Source: Eledone cirrhosa
Lineage: Eukaryota
Direction of reading: 5' to 3'
Assembly: GCA_964016885.1 (NCBI GenBank)
Contig: OZ024742.1
Coordinates: 143,344,001 to 143,408,000 of the forward strand
DNA length: 64,000 nt
The position numbers and the translations under genes were made by a program. A model generated the notes under the pieces. The model ran no database searches. It was not told the DNA's origin and saw nothing but the letters and a program-made list of their open reading frames with translations. Numbering within the stretch: position 1 is the first letter of the stretch; every line of letters starts with the position of its first letter. Positions 13,772-26,830 of this stretch are shown here, in pieces.

Positions 13772-15344
13772 AAAGAATATCCAAATAAACCAATTATTTT
13801 CTTTCGTGTTCGGTTATAATTTAGTCAATTTTCCTTCGGTATAAAATACGATGTAAGCAAAGAAAATGACATGACGAGAATGAAAAGAAATAACAACAAC
13901 ATTTATAAAGAAGAAAAATAAAAGAAATACTGTAGCTTAGCAAATAAATAAATAATGAAATGCTGCCTTGTATATTTAAAGGGAATTCTTTTAAACACTA
14001 TTGAATTACAACATAACATTCTTATTTTGTATGAAACGCTCCGATATGAGGGTAGAGATAGGTTGTGGTGGGTAAGTTATCTACTGAATCTGCTGCCAAT
14101 AATTGACTAAAATAATATAGACCAACATATAAAAAGATTGAATAAGATAAAGAAGTAAAGTAAAACAACTTTAGCGATCTGTAAAGAAGAAAATTTATGA
14201 AATTCTTGACTACAAATAATGGTTTCTAATAAATAATGAAACAGGTTCTGTGGAAACTATGTTTTTGTAGCTAAATCTATGTGTGTGTGTGTGTGTGTGA
14301 GTGTGAGTGTGAGTGAGTGTGTGTGTTTGTGTGTGCGCGTGTGTTTTTCGAAAATTATTTTAAATAATCATTATTGCTATTAAGCTATGTAGTTTACACA
14401 CACATATACACCCCCTCCACACACACAATGGCTCATACACCTCCTCCTACACACAAATATCATATGAAAAGATATTGCTACCAAATTTAGTAAGCAGTTC
14501 CTTAATGTAACATTAGCTACACGCTTCATTGGCATAATTGTGGATAAATAGGATATTGTATCCTGGTTTAATAATATATGTATTATTTATATATTTAATA
14601 ATATATGTATTAGTCAGGGAGGGAAGAGCAGTGCCCATGACCCCTTTTCAGAGAACACCAAGACTAGTGATAAGAGGGAACTTATCCTTAAATCGGAAAC
14701 CTTGCCCAAATGCTTGCAATAGGTTGGATTTCACTAAAGGCACCCAATGTGCCAACTGGTGGTGTTAAAACAGGGCGGCAGTTTAAGTCTACCGCATATG
14801 TAGGTCTCTTCAGGATTTAAACTTAGAACACAAAGATTGCCGTCCAATGCTCTAGCAATTTCTCAAATTTATTTTTGAATGGTACTTGACTTCGTTGGTA
14901 TCAGAATGCAGAGAATCGGAAGAAGTACCGCAAGTACTGTTCGACGCTCTAATAAATCTGACAATCCGCTATCTAGAGGTCATAAAAAAACAAACGAAAC
15001 CTCTAATTGAGCACTAAATATGAGCCTGGAGTGACAGATGTGACTCGACCAAAATACATCTGTAAGAACACTATTTCGGCTTAAACCTCTTACCAAAATT
15101 ATAGAAGAAAGACAAAGCTCATTTTAATTTACCGAAGACTATTAGAAGAGATCATGTTACAAAAACTTAGAGAGTTATTTTTCTTATCTCCACTTTTATA
15201 TTTTGAAGTCCAATTCAAATGTAGCACGAAACAAGGCGAGTAATCTTGATGCCATTGATATAGCTGCCAAATTAGAATGCATTTCCTTGATGGTGGAAAG
15301 GGCTACAGGCTACAAATTGCTTATTCATACTATGTTAACAGATG

Positions 15345-16108
<764 letters not shown>

Positions 16109-16400
16109 ATCATGCTCAGCATCACCTTGCATGATAGGATGAGTAACACTTGGATTCAACAGCAGACCATCAAGAAGAGAAAACATAGATGGGCTAGCCA
16201 CGTCTCCCATCGCAGAGACAAGAAGTGGACTATTAGAGTAACAGAGTGGACACTTAGGAAGGGGAGAAGAACAAGAGAGCGGCCAAAGGCCAGATGATGT
16301 GGTGATCTGACCCGATACCTCGGCTCCACATGCCTAATATGGATAGTGATAGGAAGCGGTGGAGGTCAACCAGGGAGGGATTCCTCCAACAGGGTGAAAA
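16109..16400 (+). mobile_element. RTE-type LINE 3' end
   Basis: IMLSITLHDRMSNTWI..KHRWASHV..WTIRVTEWT..RTRERPKAR. Confidence 0.8.
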
Positions 16401-16469
16401 GGCCCTAGCTTTGGGATTTTGGATATATACATATGTAAATGTATGTCATTGACAGTTCGTGTGAATAAA

Positions 16470-16625
16470 TGCACCAAATTGTTAGAATCGTTAAAACGTC
16501 GAGCAAAATGCATTGTAGCATCAGTTGTGGCTTGCTGCGTTCTAAGTTTAAATCCCACCGAGAACAACTTTGCGTTTCATCCTTTTGCAGTCGATAAGTG
16601 AAATATCAGTCAAATACGGGAGACA
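16470..16625 (+). mobile_element. tRNA-derived SINE, family 1, diverged
   Basis: AAGTTTAAATCCCACCGAG..TTTCATCCTTTTGCAGTCGATAAG. Confidence 0.65.
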
Positions 16626-16648
16626 ATGTTCCTGCATCTCTCTCTTTC

Positions 16649-16704
<56 letters not shown>

Positions 16705-16733
16705 GTGTGTATATATATATATATGTGTGTGTG

Positions 16734-16780
<47 letters not shown>

Positions 16781-16787
16781 GTATATA

Positions 16788-16837
<50 letters not shown>

Positions 16838-16952
16838 TATGTGTGTGTGTATATATATATATATGTGTGTGTGTATATATATATATGTGTGTGTGTGTAT
16901 ATATATATATATGTATATATATATATGTATATATATATATGTATATATATAT

Positions 16953-17141
16953 ATAACTGTTTCTACTTTAGGCACAAGGCCAGCAATTACCCAGCGCATT
17001 ACTGGTACTTTATTTTATCGACCCCGTAAGGATGAAAGGCAAAGTCAACCTCGGCGGGATTTGAACTCAGATCGTAAAGGGACGTAACTATGCTGGAAAG
17101 CATGGTGTCTGACCCTCTACCGATACTGCCAATCCACCGCC
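16953..17141 (-). mobile_element. tRNA-derived SINE, family 1
   Basis: Full-length copy with A/B boxes, ending (plus strand) GCCAATCCACCGCC. Confidence 0.85.
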
Positions 17142-17157
17142 CTATATATATATATAT

Positions 17158-17352
17158 AACGAAGGAAATGTGGTAAGGAACCACGTGGACCATAATGCAC
17201 CAAAGTACTCAATACTTAGGGTAGTAGAGTGGGTAATAGGAACGAGTAGGACCCCGACGGCTGAGCTCAAGCCGTTTTGACGGCCAATTCTGGACTAACA
17301 GAATTAGCCGTCGAAACGGCTTGAGCTCAGCCGTCGGGGTCCTACTCGTTCC
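17158..17352. mobile_element. (TA)n-embedded hairpin element, family B
   Basis: AACGAAGGAAATGTGG terminus plus a ~55-bp-arm palindrome GGAACGAGTAGGACCCCGACGG..; related copies at 19451, 24587 and 45067. Confidence 0.85.
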
Positions 17353-17389
<37 letters not shown>

Positions 17390-17467
17390 TTATATCTGCA
17401 GATATTCATGACATGCCGTATACCACAAACGTACCCTACGACTCCCCCTGGTCTTATTTTTTAAAAA

Positions 17468-17882
17468 TAATAACTGTTTCTACTTTTGGCACAAGGCCAG
17501 CAAATAACCCAGTGTATTACTGGTACTTTATTTTATCTACCCCCGTAAGGATGAAAGGCAAAGTGAACCTCGGCGGGATTTGAACTCAGACCGTAAAGGG
17601 ACGTAACTATGCTGGAAAGCATGGCGTCCAACTCTCTACCGATACTGCCAATCCACCGCCCTTATTATTAAATAATATTGTTATTATTAAAAATAATTGT
17701 TTCTACTTTTGTCACAAGGCCAGCAATTACCCAGTACATTACTGGTACTTTATTTTATCGACCCCGTAAGGATGAAAGGTAAAGTTAACCTCGGCGGGAT
17801 TTGAACTCAGAATGGCAAGGGCCGTAACTCTATGCATCAAAGCATGGCGTCCGACCCCCTACCGATACTGCCAATCCACCGA
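17468..17882 (-). mobile_element. Two tandem tRNA-derived SINE family 1 copies (17468-17660, 17691-17882)
   Basis: Both are near-identical to the 16953 copy. Confidence 0.85.
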
Positions 17883-18149
17883 CCTATTAAAAATAATAAC
17901 AATGAGCTTTATACTGGTTCAAAATCGTGTAAGCTCGACAATTCTAGGAGCATATTTCTTTGGTCAATACAAAAGATATTACAATATAATTGTAGACTTT
18001 ATTTCTTTATTTCTCTAACTTTACTATTTTTGAAGGTGTTTTCTATATACGTGTGTGCGTTGCGTACACATGTGTCAGATAATTTTCATTGTTGATCAAA
18101 ACATTTTGTTAATGTGAAAGACGACATTTTAAGAACTGTCCTTGAAATG

Positions 18150-18321
18150 CATGAATAGCAGTACTTTTAGCAGGGTTTTGTTGCTATATTGCAGGCATTC
18201 AGACCACACCTGTCCCAAATTTTCCTTTGAACGTTGATCTTTAGATGTCCAAGCTGACTTTCGGTGTGCATTAGTCTAATCAGTTTGGAATGACGACACA
18301 CATAAAGAGCATTGCACCACC

Positions 18322-18353
<32 letters not shown>

Positions 18354-18645
18354 TACCCTAATCATTGTTGTCCTTAACCTTTACAATCAACAGCAGTATT
18401 ATATCTTTCATGACATGCACTAGTAATAACAATCACAGCAGCAGCTGCTGTTGAATAAATATGCAGGAGTAGCAGTATTTTTAGCAGGGTTTTGTTGCTA
18501 TATTGCAGGCATTCAGACCACACCTGTCCCAAATTTTCCTGTGAACGTTGATCTTTAGATGTCCAAGCTGGCTTTCGGTCTGCATTAGTATAATCAGTTT
18601 GGAATGACGACACACATAAAGAACATTGCACCACCATCATCATCT
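18150..18645. repeat. Direct duplication of a ~175-bp block, period 314 bp
   Basis: AGCAGGGTTTTGTTGCTATATTGCAGGCATTCAGACC..CATTGCACCACC at 18169 and 18483. Confidence 0.9.
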
Positions 18646-19086
18646 CCTCCACCAGCACCAGCATCACCAGCACCACCATCTTTTCTTCTTCTTCTTCTTC
18701 TTCTTCTTCTTCTTCTTCTTCTTCTTCTTCTTCTTCTTCTTCTTCAGTATATGGTTTACTATATGGTTTAGTATTACCAGTAGATGCTAAACGTCCAACA
18801 TCTGTTTTCTTATTATTTTTATGTTGTTTCTGATTTAAAACTGCGTAACTGTCGTTCATAAAAGACAAAATGAAGAAGTAAAACAACTAACCTTTAAAAA
18901 AAATACAAAAACAAAGAGCGGGAGTGTTTTGTGTGGAATAACTGGAAACAGGTAAGACATTATTAAATAAGAAATAAGATCAAACTATGCCAAATAGGTT
19001 GTCAGTAAATGGAACAAATGAGGTGAGATGTTGCGTGTTTCAGTTTGTGTATGTATGCGTGTGTGTGAGAGGAGGAAGAAATATAT

Positions 19087-19171
<85 letters not shown>

Positions 19172-19414
19172 CACGCACACATACACAAAAAAATACAGAT
19201 ATAAACGTACATGTACATATACAGAAAGAGAGGGAGTGCCGAGAGAGAGTGCCGAGAGAGAGAGGGAGAGAGAGGGAGGGTGGGTGGAGAGAGAGGGGGT
19301 GTAGAGAGAGAGGGGGTGTAGAGAGAGGAATAGGAGGAAGGAAACAGAAAACAATGATGACGCAACTGAATAATGTATTAACGCATGTGTAGGGGTACTT
19401 ACATACAGACGTCG

Positions 19415-19450
<36 letters not shown>

Positions 19451-19454
<4 letters not shown>

Positions 19455-19626
19455 AGGGTGTGGTAAGATACCAGGTGGACTATAACGCACCAGAGTACTC
19501 AATACTTAGGGTAGTAGAGGTCAAGATCCCGACGGCTGAGCTCCGGTCGTTTCGTCTGCTAGATCCGAGTTCGGGTCTAGCTGTCGAAAAGGCCGGAGCT
19601 CAGCCGTCGGGGTTCTGACTCTCTTC
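19451..19626. mobile_element. Family B hairpin element, diverged copy
   Basis: GGTGGACTATAACGCACCAGAGTACTCAATACTTAGGGTAGTAGAG plus palindrome CCCGACGGCTGAGCTCCGG..CCGGAGCTCAGCCGTCGGG; TA tracts on both sides. Confidence 0.8.
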
Positions 19627-19802
19627 ATATATATATATATATTAGAATTGGTGCTCTGAAATAGCGATGTATACATGGATGTCTATATAGTATATTTGGC
19701 AATATACTGCATGCTTAATTAAAAGCATTTTGAAGACCCTGGGTTATTATTTTAAAGTAGTGACTATGTCACTTACTTCTTTTTTCAACAAACAAAGGGA
19801 GA

Positions 19803-19848
19803 TAAGCTGACAGATCTGTTTCATACTGTTGGTAATCATCAGAGCTTA
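19803..19848 (-). ncRNA. Type I hammerhead ribozyme, intact core
   Basis: Minus strand: TAAGCT CTGATGA TTAC-CAACA-GTAT GAAA CAGATCTG TC AGCTTA. Confidence 0.85.
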
Positions 19849-20094
19849 GAACTCCCCTTGTTTGTTGAAAATTATAAATGTTGGATTTTTATAGAATTCC
19901 AGTAATAATCAGGAACTGATTATACAGAGCGATTGCCGGTCCAGCAAAAATTGAATATTAGAATTGGTGCTCTGAAATAGCGATGTATACAATTTTTGCT
20001 GGACCGGCAATCGCTCTGTATAATCAGTTCCTGATTATTACTGGAATTCTATGAAAATCCAACATTTATAATTTTCAACAGACAAAGAGAGTGC

Positions 20095-20140
20095 TAAGCT
20101 CTGATGATTACCAACAGTATGAAACAGATCTGTCAGCTTA
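20095..20140 (+). ncRNA. Type I hammerhead ribozyme, intact core
   Basis: 6-bp stem I TAAGCT/AGCTTA, extended by a ~20-bp flanking helix; CTGATGA; short stem II; GAAA; palindromic stem III ACAGATCTGT; GUC, predicted cleavage after 20134. Confidence 0.85.
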
Positions 20141-20428
20141 TCTCCCTTTGTTTGTTGAAAAAAAGAAGTAAGTGACATAGTCACTACTTTAAAATAATAG
20201 CGCAAGGTCTTCAAAATACTTTTAATTAAGCATGCAGTATATTGCCAAATATACTATATATACATCCATATATATATATATATAGGCCTCCGTGGTATTT
20301 TCTTCGTGGTTATAAGAGGCTTAGCTCTGTTTCTCGACCGTTATATCGCGTGACTGTCTCCCCCTCCGCCTTTTGGGATTCTTTCTCACGTCGTGTAGAC
20401 GCGTTCTTGAGACTAGTAAAATGAGGTA

Positions 20429-20516
20429 TCCTCTTGATAAGTCGGCAGACCTCGCAAGGACTCTATATCTTTGATATATTGTTTTTGTTTATGCCACGAA
20501 ACTACGTAGTCGAGGA
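20429..20516 (+). ncRNA. Type I hammerhead motif with long stem-II insert, core decayed (TTGATAA)
   Basis: Stem I TCCTC/GAGGA; stem II GT-C-GGCA/TGCC-AC; GAAA; palindromic stem III ACTACGTAGT; GUC. Confidence 0.65.
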
Positions 20517-20789
20517 ATTTAGGAACAGTTTAGGTATGATACATTTTATTACTAATTATATCTAAATGTTTCTTCTCTCTTCATAATGTATTTTTAACTC
20601 TGATACTGGTTCAGTCTGGTTCAAACTGAATTGGTCTGTCCCAGTCATTCATTGAGCAACATCGGTGAAGTTGGCACCCTTAACTCACAGTTGGGTGCGG
20701 ATGCATTCATGTATATATGTGTGTGTCCGCATGTATCTGTGTGTTTCCGCATGTATATATGTGTGTGTCCGCATGTATCTGTGTGTTTC

Positions 20790-20878
<89 letters not shown>

Positions 20879-20967
20879 AATGAAAAATTGAACAGGGTCA
20901 GAAAAGAGAGGCAGTACGATAAATGTTTATTAAATTCACGCTCAGGAGAGTGTGGGGTAGGTGGGGG

Positions 20968-20999
20968 ACGACGTTTCGGGCATAAGCCCTTCTTCAGGT
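20968..20999 (-). ncRNA. Minimal hammerhead motif, intact core
   Basis: Minus strand: AC CTGAAGA A GGGC-TTAT-GCCC GAAAC GTC GT; stem I only 2 bp. Confidence 0.65.
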
Positions 21000-21317
21000 G
21001 AGAGTTCAAAAGGTGTGTAGGGGAGTGGTATGTATGTATATATATATAGTTTAGGGGCTGTAACGTCAAGTTACTGTAGGTTCATCAGAGTGAACACTCG
21101 ATGCGTAGTTTCCAGCAGATCATTACTGTGACAGAAGTCCTATGAGCTTTTGATTCTAGCTAGAGTCAGGCCCGATCGATACAGATCAAACCTTGATCTG
21201 ATCAATCGCGAAACGCATGTCACACCTCAATCTATAATATAATAAAGGGAGGAGTACGGGACAGCGTCCGTTATATATTTTTTACCGTTAGTAAAATAAG
21301 TTGGATTACTTTCAATA

Positions 21318-21681
21318 AATAATTGTTTCTACTTTAGGCCAGCAATTAACCAGTACATTACTGGTACTTTATTTTATCGACCCCGTAAGGATGAAAGGCA
21401 AAGTTAACCTCGGCGGGATTTGAACTCAGACTGTAAAGGGACGTAACTATGCTAGAAAGCATGGCGTCCAGCCCTCTACCGATACTGCCAATTCACAATG
21501 AATGAATATTACATAATTTATGTACTAAATTTCGTAGCTGTTGATTTAACATAAATATTCTTATATATAATTGTTTCTACTTCAGGCACAAGGCCAGCAA
21601 TTATCCAGTGCATTACTGGTACTTTATTTTATCGACCCCGTAAGGATGAAAGGCAAAGTCAACCTCGGCGGGATTTGAACT
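21318..21681 (-). mobile_element. Two SINE family 1 copies (21318-21492; partial 21568-21681)
   Basis: Near-identical to other family 1 copies. Confidence 0.85.
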
Positions 21682-22095
21682 TATATATAATGATTGCTTC
21701 TTTTAAAATGTTCAAATGTCAATACTTCCAGTTATCATATAACGGTCGCTATATCACATATCGCTTATATAAAGGTTCATATGTTTGCATCGTTATATCA
21801 TAACGTTTATATTTCTGTCGTTAATTTTCTCCTTTTTCGTTTACATTACATTTCATCGTAATGCAGTTTATATATAATATCCACTTTTTAAAGACAGTGT
21901 AACACAGTCTCTCTTCAATTTCTGTGCATATTGTCAATTACAATTATATTTGACGTATCATATCTACATGCATATGATATTTGCGTGTAATATCAATATG
22001 CACACTATACATGCTAGCAGAAAACCACAGGGAGGGTGGTTTTTCTGCTAATAAATGTAATTAAAATTTAACAACTTCGTCGGGGTCATCAATAT

Positions 22096-22133
<38 letters not shown>

Positions 22134-22204
22134 TAAAATAACAGATTAAAGTTTAAGCAAAGAATCGCTGCTTTCACCCTTAACGGGATCTTCTGAAACT
22201 AACA

Positions 22205-22560
22205 AAGTCAATCTGTAAACGCAGAAGTGGATATTTCAAAAAACGTTGCAACCGGAGGAAGACAGGAAGACGATACTTTGGTTCGTGGAAACGTTCCCTG
22301 GCAAAGAACGGGAAAAAACGAATATAATACGTCATTAATAGGAGCGGTGAAAAACAATTACGCGCAAAGACAGAACCACGTTTATGGTATAAAAGAGGTC
22401 GTAGACTAATGTTCTCTTAGGTGGTTCATAGAGACGTTCTCTGGCAATGAACGAAAAAAAACGAAGATAATACGTCATATGTGGAGCGTGGAGAACAATT
22501 GCACGCAAAGACAAAACCACGTAAATGGTATAGCAGAAGTCGTAGATTAAAATTCTAACT
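22205..22560 (+). repeat. Dispersed repeat with internal ~143-bp tandem unit; related to 57550-57760 (inverted)
   Basis: GGTTC..ACGTTC.CTGGCAA..TAATACGTCA..GTCGTAGA occurs twice; reverse-complement match near 57550. Confidence 0.75.
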
Positions 22561-22745
22561 AGGAGACCGAATGAATCTCCACTTCAAGTTTAAGAACAAA
22601 GTAAATAAATACAATACAGAAGTAATAGAAATTAAATAAATACATACACGCATACAAATACGTACATACACAAACATACGCGAAAACACTTACCATAGGT
22701 ATACAACACCACGCACATATAAATATGTGTGTGTGTGTGGTGGAC

Positions 22746-22975
22746 TGAAATAGCGATGTATACATGAATAGTATATTTGGCAATATACCGTATGTTTAAT
22801 TAAAAACATTTTGAAGACCATACGCTATCGGTTTTAAAGTAGTGACAATGTCACTTACTTCTTTTCGACGAAAGAAGGGAGGGAAGCTAACAGTCTGTTG
22901 GCGATCATCAGAGCGACGCACTCCCCGCTTTCGCCTAAAATTATAGAAGCTGGATTCTTATAGAATTCCAGTAAA
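22746..22975 (-). mobile_element. Family C HHR element, diverged single-arm copy with deleted GAAA
   Basis: Aligns to 19656-19905; HHR reads GCT CTGATGA TCGCC AACAGACTGTTAGCTT with GAAA lost. Confidence 0.8.
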
Positions 22976-22978
22976 GAA

Positions 22979-23227
<249 letters not shown>

Positions 23228-23250
23228 TATATATATATACATATATATGC

Positions 23251-23281
<31 letters not shown>

Positions 23282-23282
23282 C

Positions 23283-23315
<33 letters not shown>

Positions 23316-23327
23316 CATGAAGGCGTG

Positions 23328-23540
23328 AAGGCGTGTGGCTGAGTGGTTAGAGAATTGGATTCGCAATCGTAAGCTTGTGAGTTCGATTCCTGGACCAGGC
23401 GATGCGTTATGTCCTTGAGCAAGACACTTTATTTCACGTTGCTCCTACTACCTGGAGTTGCGACCGATAGATAGTATTAGCAATTGGAAAGACCAACGGA
23501 AACATTGTTCCCTCGGTCCGATTTGACGAAAGTCGATCGT
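23328..23540 (+). mobile_element. tRNA-derived SINE, family 2 (CORE-like body)
   Basis: A-box TGGCTGAGTGG, B-box GAGTTCGATTCC, TGTCCTTGAGCAAGACACTT; tail shared with the 25997 copy. Confidence 0.8.
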
Positions 23541-23545
23541 TCCTT

Positions 23546-23594
<49 letters not shown>

Positions 23595-23599
23595 ATATA

Positions 23600-23649
<50 letters not shown>

Positions 23650-23650
23650 G

Positions 23651-23699
<49 letters not shown>

Positions 23700-24466
23700 G
23701 TTGACGGGACTAGCATGGGTGTCATTGCTAGTACCAGTTGCACCTCACCGTACTCAATAGGTAATGTTATGTAAAATCCCTGAGTAGAAACACAGTTATT
23801 CGCTTCAATACAACACACGTTAATGGGTACCTTCAATCTATACCCACCCGTACTCGAGTTTGGCCGCATTTAATGCAGCAATAGACTGCACAGCATCCAC
23901 TGTCTGCATTTATTATGCAACAATATACAATCGGTGCATGTCACTTCATCAGCGGGTTTCGTCTAATCAATAACCAATCGATCGACAGAATTCGATTCCA
24001 GTCAGTGTCGGCTATGGCAGTGAATGTGACGTCAACACAGTAAAATATTAGCAACCGAAACCCCTACGCGTCATCACAATGCCGTCAACCGATTGTCTAC
24101 CGTTTCAGAAATGTACGTGACGGTAGGAAACGAAATTCAGATAGTTCCGCTCCCGCCATACGCACTCAGCCAACTTATCTCAAACACAAATGAACAAGCG
24201 AGTGAAAAATCGGTTATTAGAGAAAATCAGTTTCATGACGTACGCAGACTATAGAAATAAGTTTTGTGATTTTTGCAATATAAAATGAATATTTGGAATC
24301 CGGCTTTCTGTTTTCATTGAAGTATATATATACATACTTCAGATATTCATCTTATATTGCAGAAGTCACAAGACGTATTTTGATCGTCTGCTTACGGTAT
24401 CAGATCAAGGCGTAATAATTTTCGTGACGTCATCCGGTGTAAATTTCAAAGATTAAGTGTGGTGTA

Positions 24467-24586
<120 letters not shown>

Positions 24587-24695
24587 GGAACGAGTAGGAC
24601 CCCGACGGCTGAACTCAAGCAGTTTTGACGGCTAATTCTGGACTAAATTTAGTCTAAATTTGGTCCACCTGGTTCCTTACCACATTTCCTTCGTT
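24587..24695. mobile_element. Family B element, rearranged short form
   Basis: GGAACGAGTAGGACC..CTAATTCTGG joined to the reverse complement of the AACGAAGGAAATGTGG terminus; TA on both sides. Confidence 0.8.
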
Positions 24696-24987
24696 ATATA
24701 TATATATATATATATGTCAATCTATCTACACACTTACATCTACACACACACGCACACACACACACCTCCTCTTCGGCTATAATTTACACATATATGTATC
24801 TATATATATATTGTTATACTTGGGGAGGGTCATATTGTTGTAATAATATTGCCAGAAATAATAACAGAACACACTCACTGTTTGGTTGATTTTCGCTTCT
24901 GTATCTTTTATATCTCCATAGTTAATTTATTTGGCAATCAATGTTTATCAACGGTTAAAATACAGATATAAATATATATGTATAGTC

Positions 24988-25031
24988 TATCAAAGTTCTT
25001 TCGCTGCACATCTGCAACATCATCAGTGGTA
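24988..25031 (-). ncRNA. Hammerhead ribozyme motif in PLE 3' region, intact core
   Basis: Minus strand: TACCA CTGATGA T GTTGCA-GATG-TGCAGC GAAA GAAC TT TGATA; ~270 nt downstream of the GIY-YIG stop, same strand. Confidence 0.7.
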
Positions 25032-25303
25032 CTATTATGTTTCCTCCCATTGTATTGTATTGTGTTGTAATGTCTACGCCATTTTAATTTAATTTAATTA
25101 ATTAATTAATTAATTTATTTATTCTTGTCTCCGTCTCTGCGCATGCGTTTGCGTGTGTGTATAACGTTTGGTGTGTGTATTCGCGTTTGAGTGTATGTGT
25201 TTATGTTTTTGTATCCTATCTTTGTTTACTAGTGTGTGTTTATGTGTGTTTGTTGTTATTCTACTTGTGTATATATTTATTTATTTATTTATTTATATTT
25301 CCC

Positions 25304-25730
25304 TTAAGTCAGTATTGTTTTTGGGGTATGGTTGTTGTTATTCCATTCATTTTTTCTGTTTAATTTTGATTTTCTAAGCTCTATCCCAGTTGCTTCGCTG
25401 ATTTGCCTACCTGTTGAGTCATTTCTATGTTTAGACATTATTTTAATTTTTATGTTTTCTATGTTACCGTCATGTCTTTGTCTGGCATGTTCGTATAGTA
25501 CTGAACCGCTTTTTTTTTTGTCCTTGTAGTTCCTCGCAGTGTTGGTCTATTCTTTCTCCTATGCTTCGGGCTGTCTAACCTATGTATGTCGTTGTCATGT
25601 TTCTGCAAGTACCCTCTGTACATCTTATGCTATAGACTACATTTCTAGCTTTACAGTTTATCTGGGGATTCATTTTACATATAACACATTTCTTATTAAT
25701 ACAATATTTGTTTCGACACACGATTTAATA
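25304..25730 (-). pseudogene. Penelope-like element GIY-YIG endonuclease C-terminus (decayed, 5'-truncated)
   Basis: Manual translation CINKKCVICKMNPQINCKARNVVYSIRCTEGTC..TYIG*TARSIGERIDQH..SVLYEHARQRHDG..RQISEATGI..LNRKNEWN; TAG at 25575-25577 and a +1 frameshift in an A10 run (~25510-25519), hence absent from the ORF track. Confidence 0.85.
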
Positions 25731-25996
25731 TCAAAAACCTTGCAAAACAAATATATATATATATAAGAGCAGAAGAATTGGTAGTTTCCTTTACTTGATG
25801 CGAAAAAGTTTACCAAATACTGTCTGGATTTTCGATAGTTATCACAATCGGTTTGCTTTTTTTCTTATTTTTTTTCTTTTAATTGAGTCTGGCAGACCGT
25901 TTTGTATATAGTTAGTTAGTGTATACTATTAACCCTAGCAAATCTGGTCCCTTAGAACCTGAACACTGATGTGTGTATATATATATATATATATAT

Positions 25997-26216
25997 CGAC
26001 AGTCGATCGACTTTCGTCAAATCGGACCGAGGAAACTATGTTTCCATTGGTCTTTCCAATTGATAATACTATCTATCGGTCGCAACTCCAGGTAGAAGGA
26101 GCAACGTGAAATAAAGTTTCTTGCCCAAGAACACACCGCATCGCCCGGTTCGGGAATCGAACTCACAACCTCACGATTGCGAATCCAGTTCTCTAACAAC
26201 TCGGCCACGCGCCTTC
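25997..26216 (-). mobile_element. tRNA-derived SINE, family 2
   Basis: Reverse-complement match to 23328-23540, including the tail. Confidence 0.8.
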
Positions 26217-26253
26217 ACACACACCCACACACCCACCCACACACCCACCCACC

Positions 26254-26830
<577 letters not shown>

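Larger units (their letters stand above)
19641..20270. mobile_element. Fold-back HHR element, family C (PLE pseudo-LTR/retrozyme-like)
   Basis: ~280-bp inverted arms; 34-nt direct repeat at 19641 and 19957; one HHR per arm; (TA)n on both sides. Confidence 0.85.

Noticed and set aside
16953-17882. Recurrent ~190-bp repeats as tRNA genes or a CRISPR-like array
   Set aside because: They have A/B boxes but no cloverleaf and no repeat-spacer periodicity; they are dispersed SINEs
25575-25577. In-frame stop in the GIY-YIG as selenocysteine recoding
   Set aside because: The codon is TAG, not TGA, at a position normally Glu/Gln; simple decay
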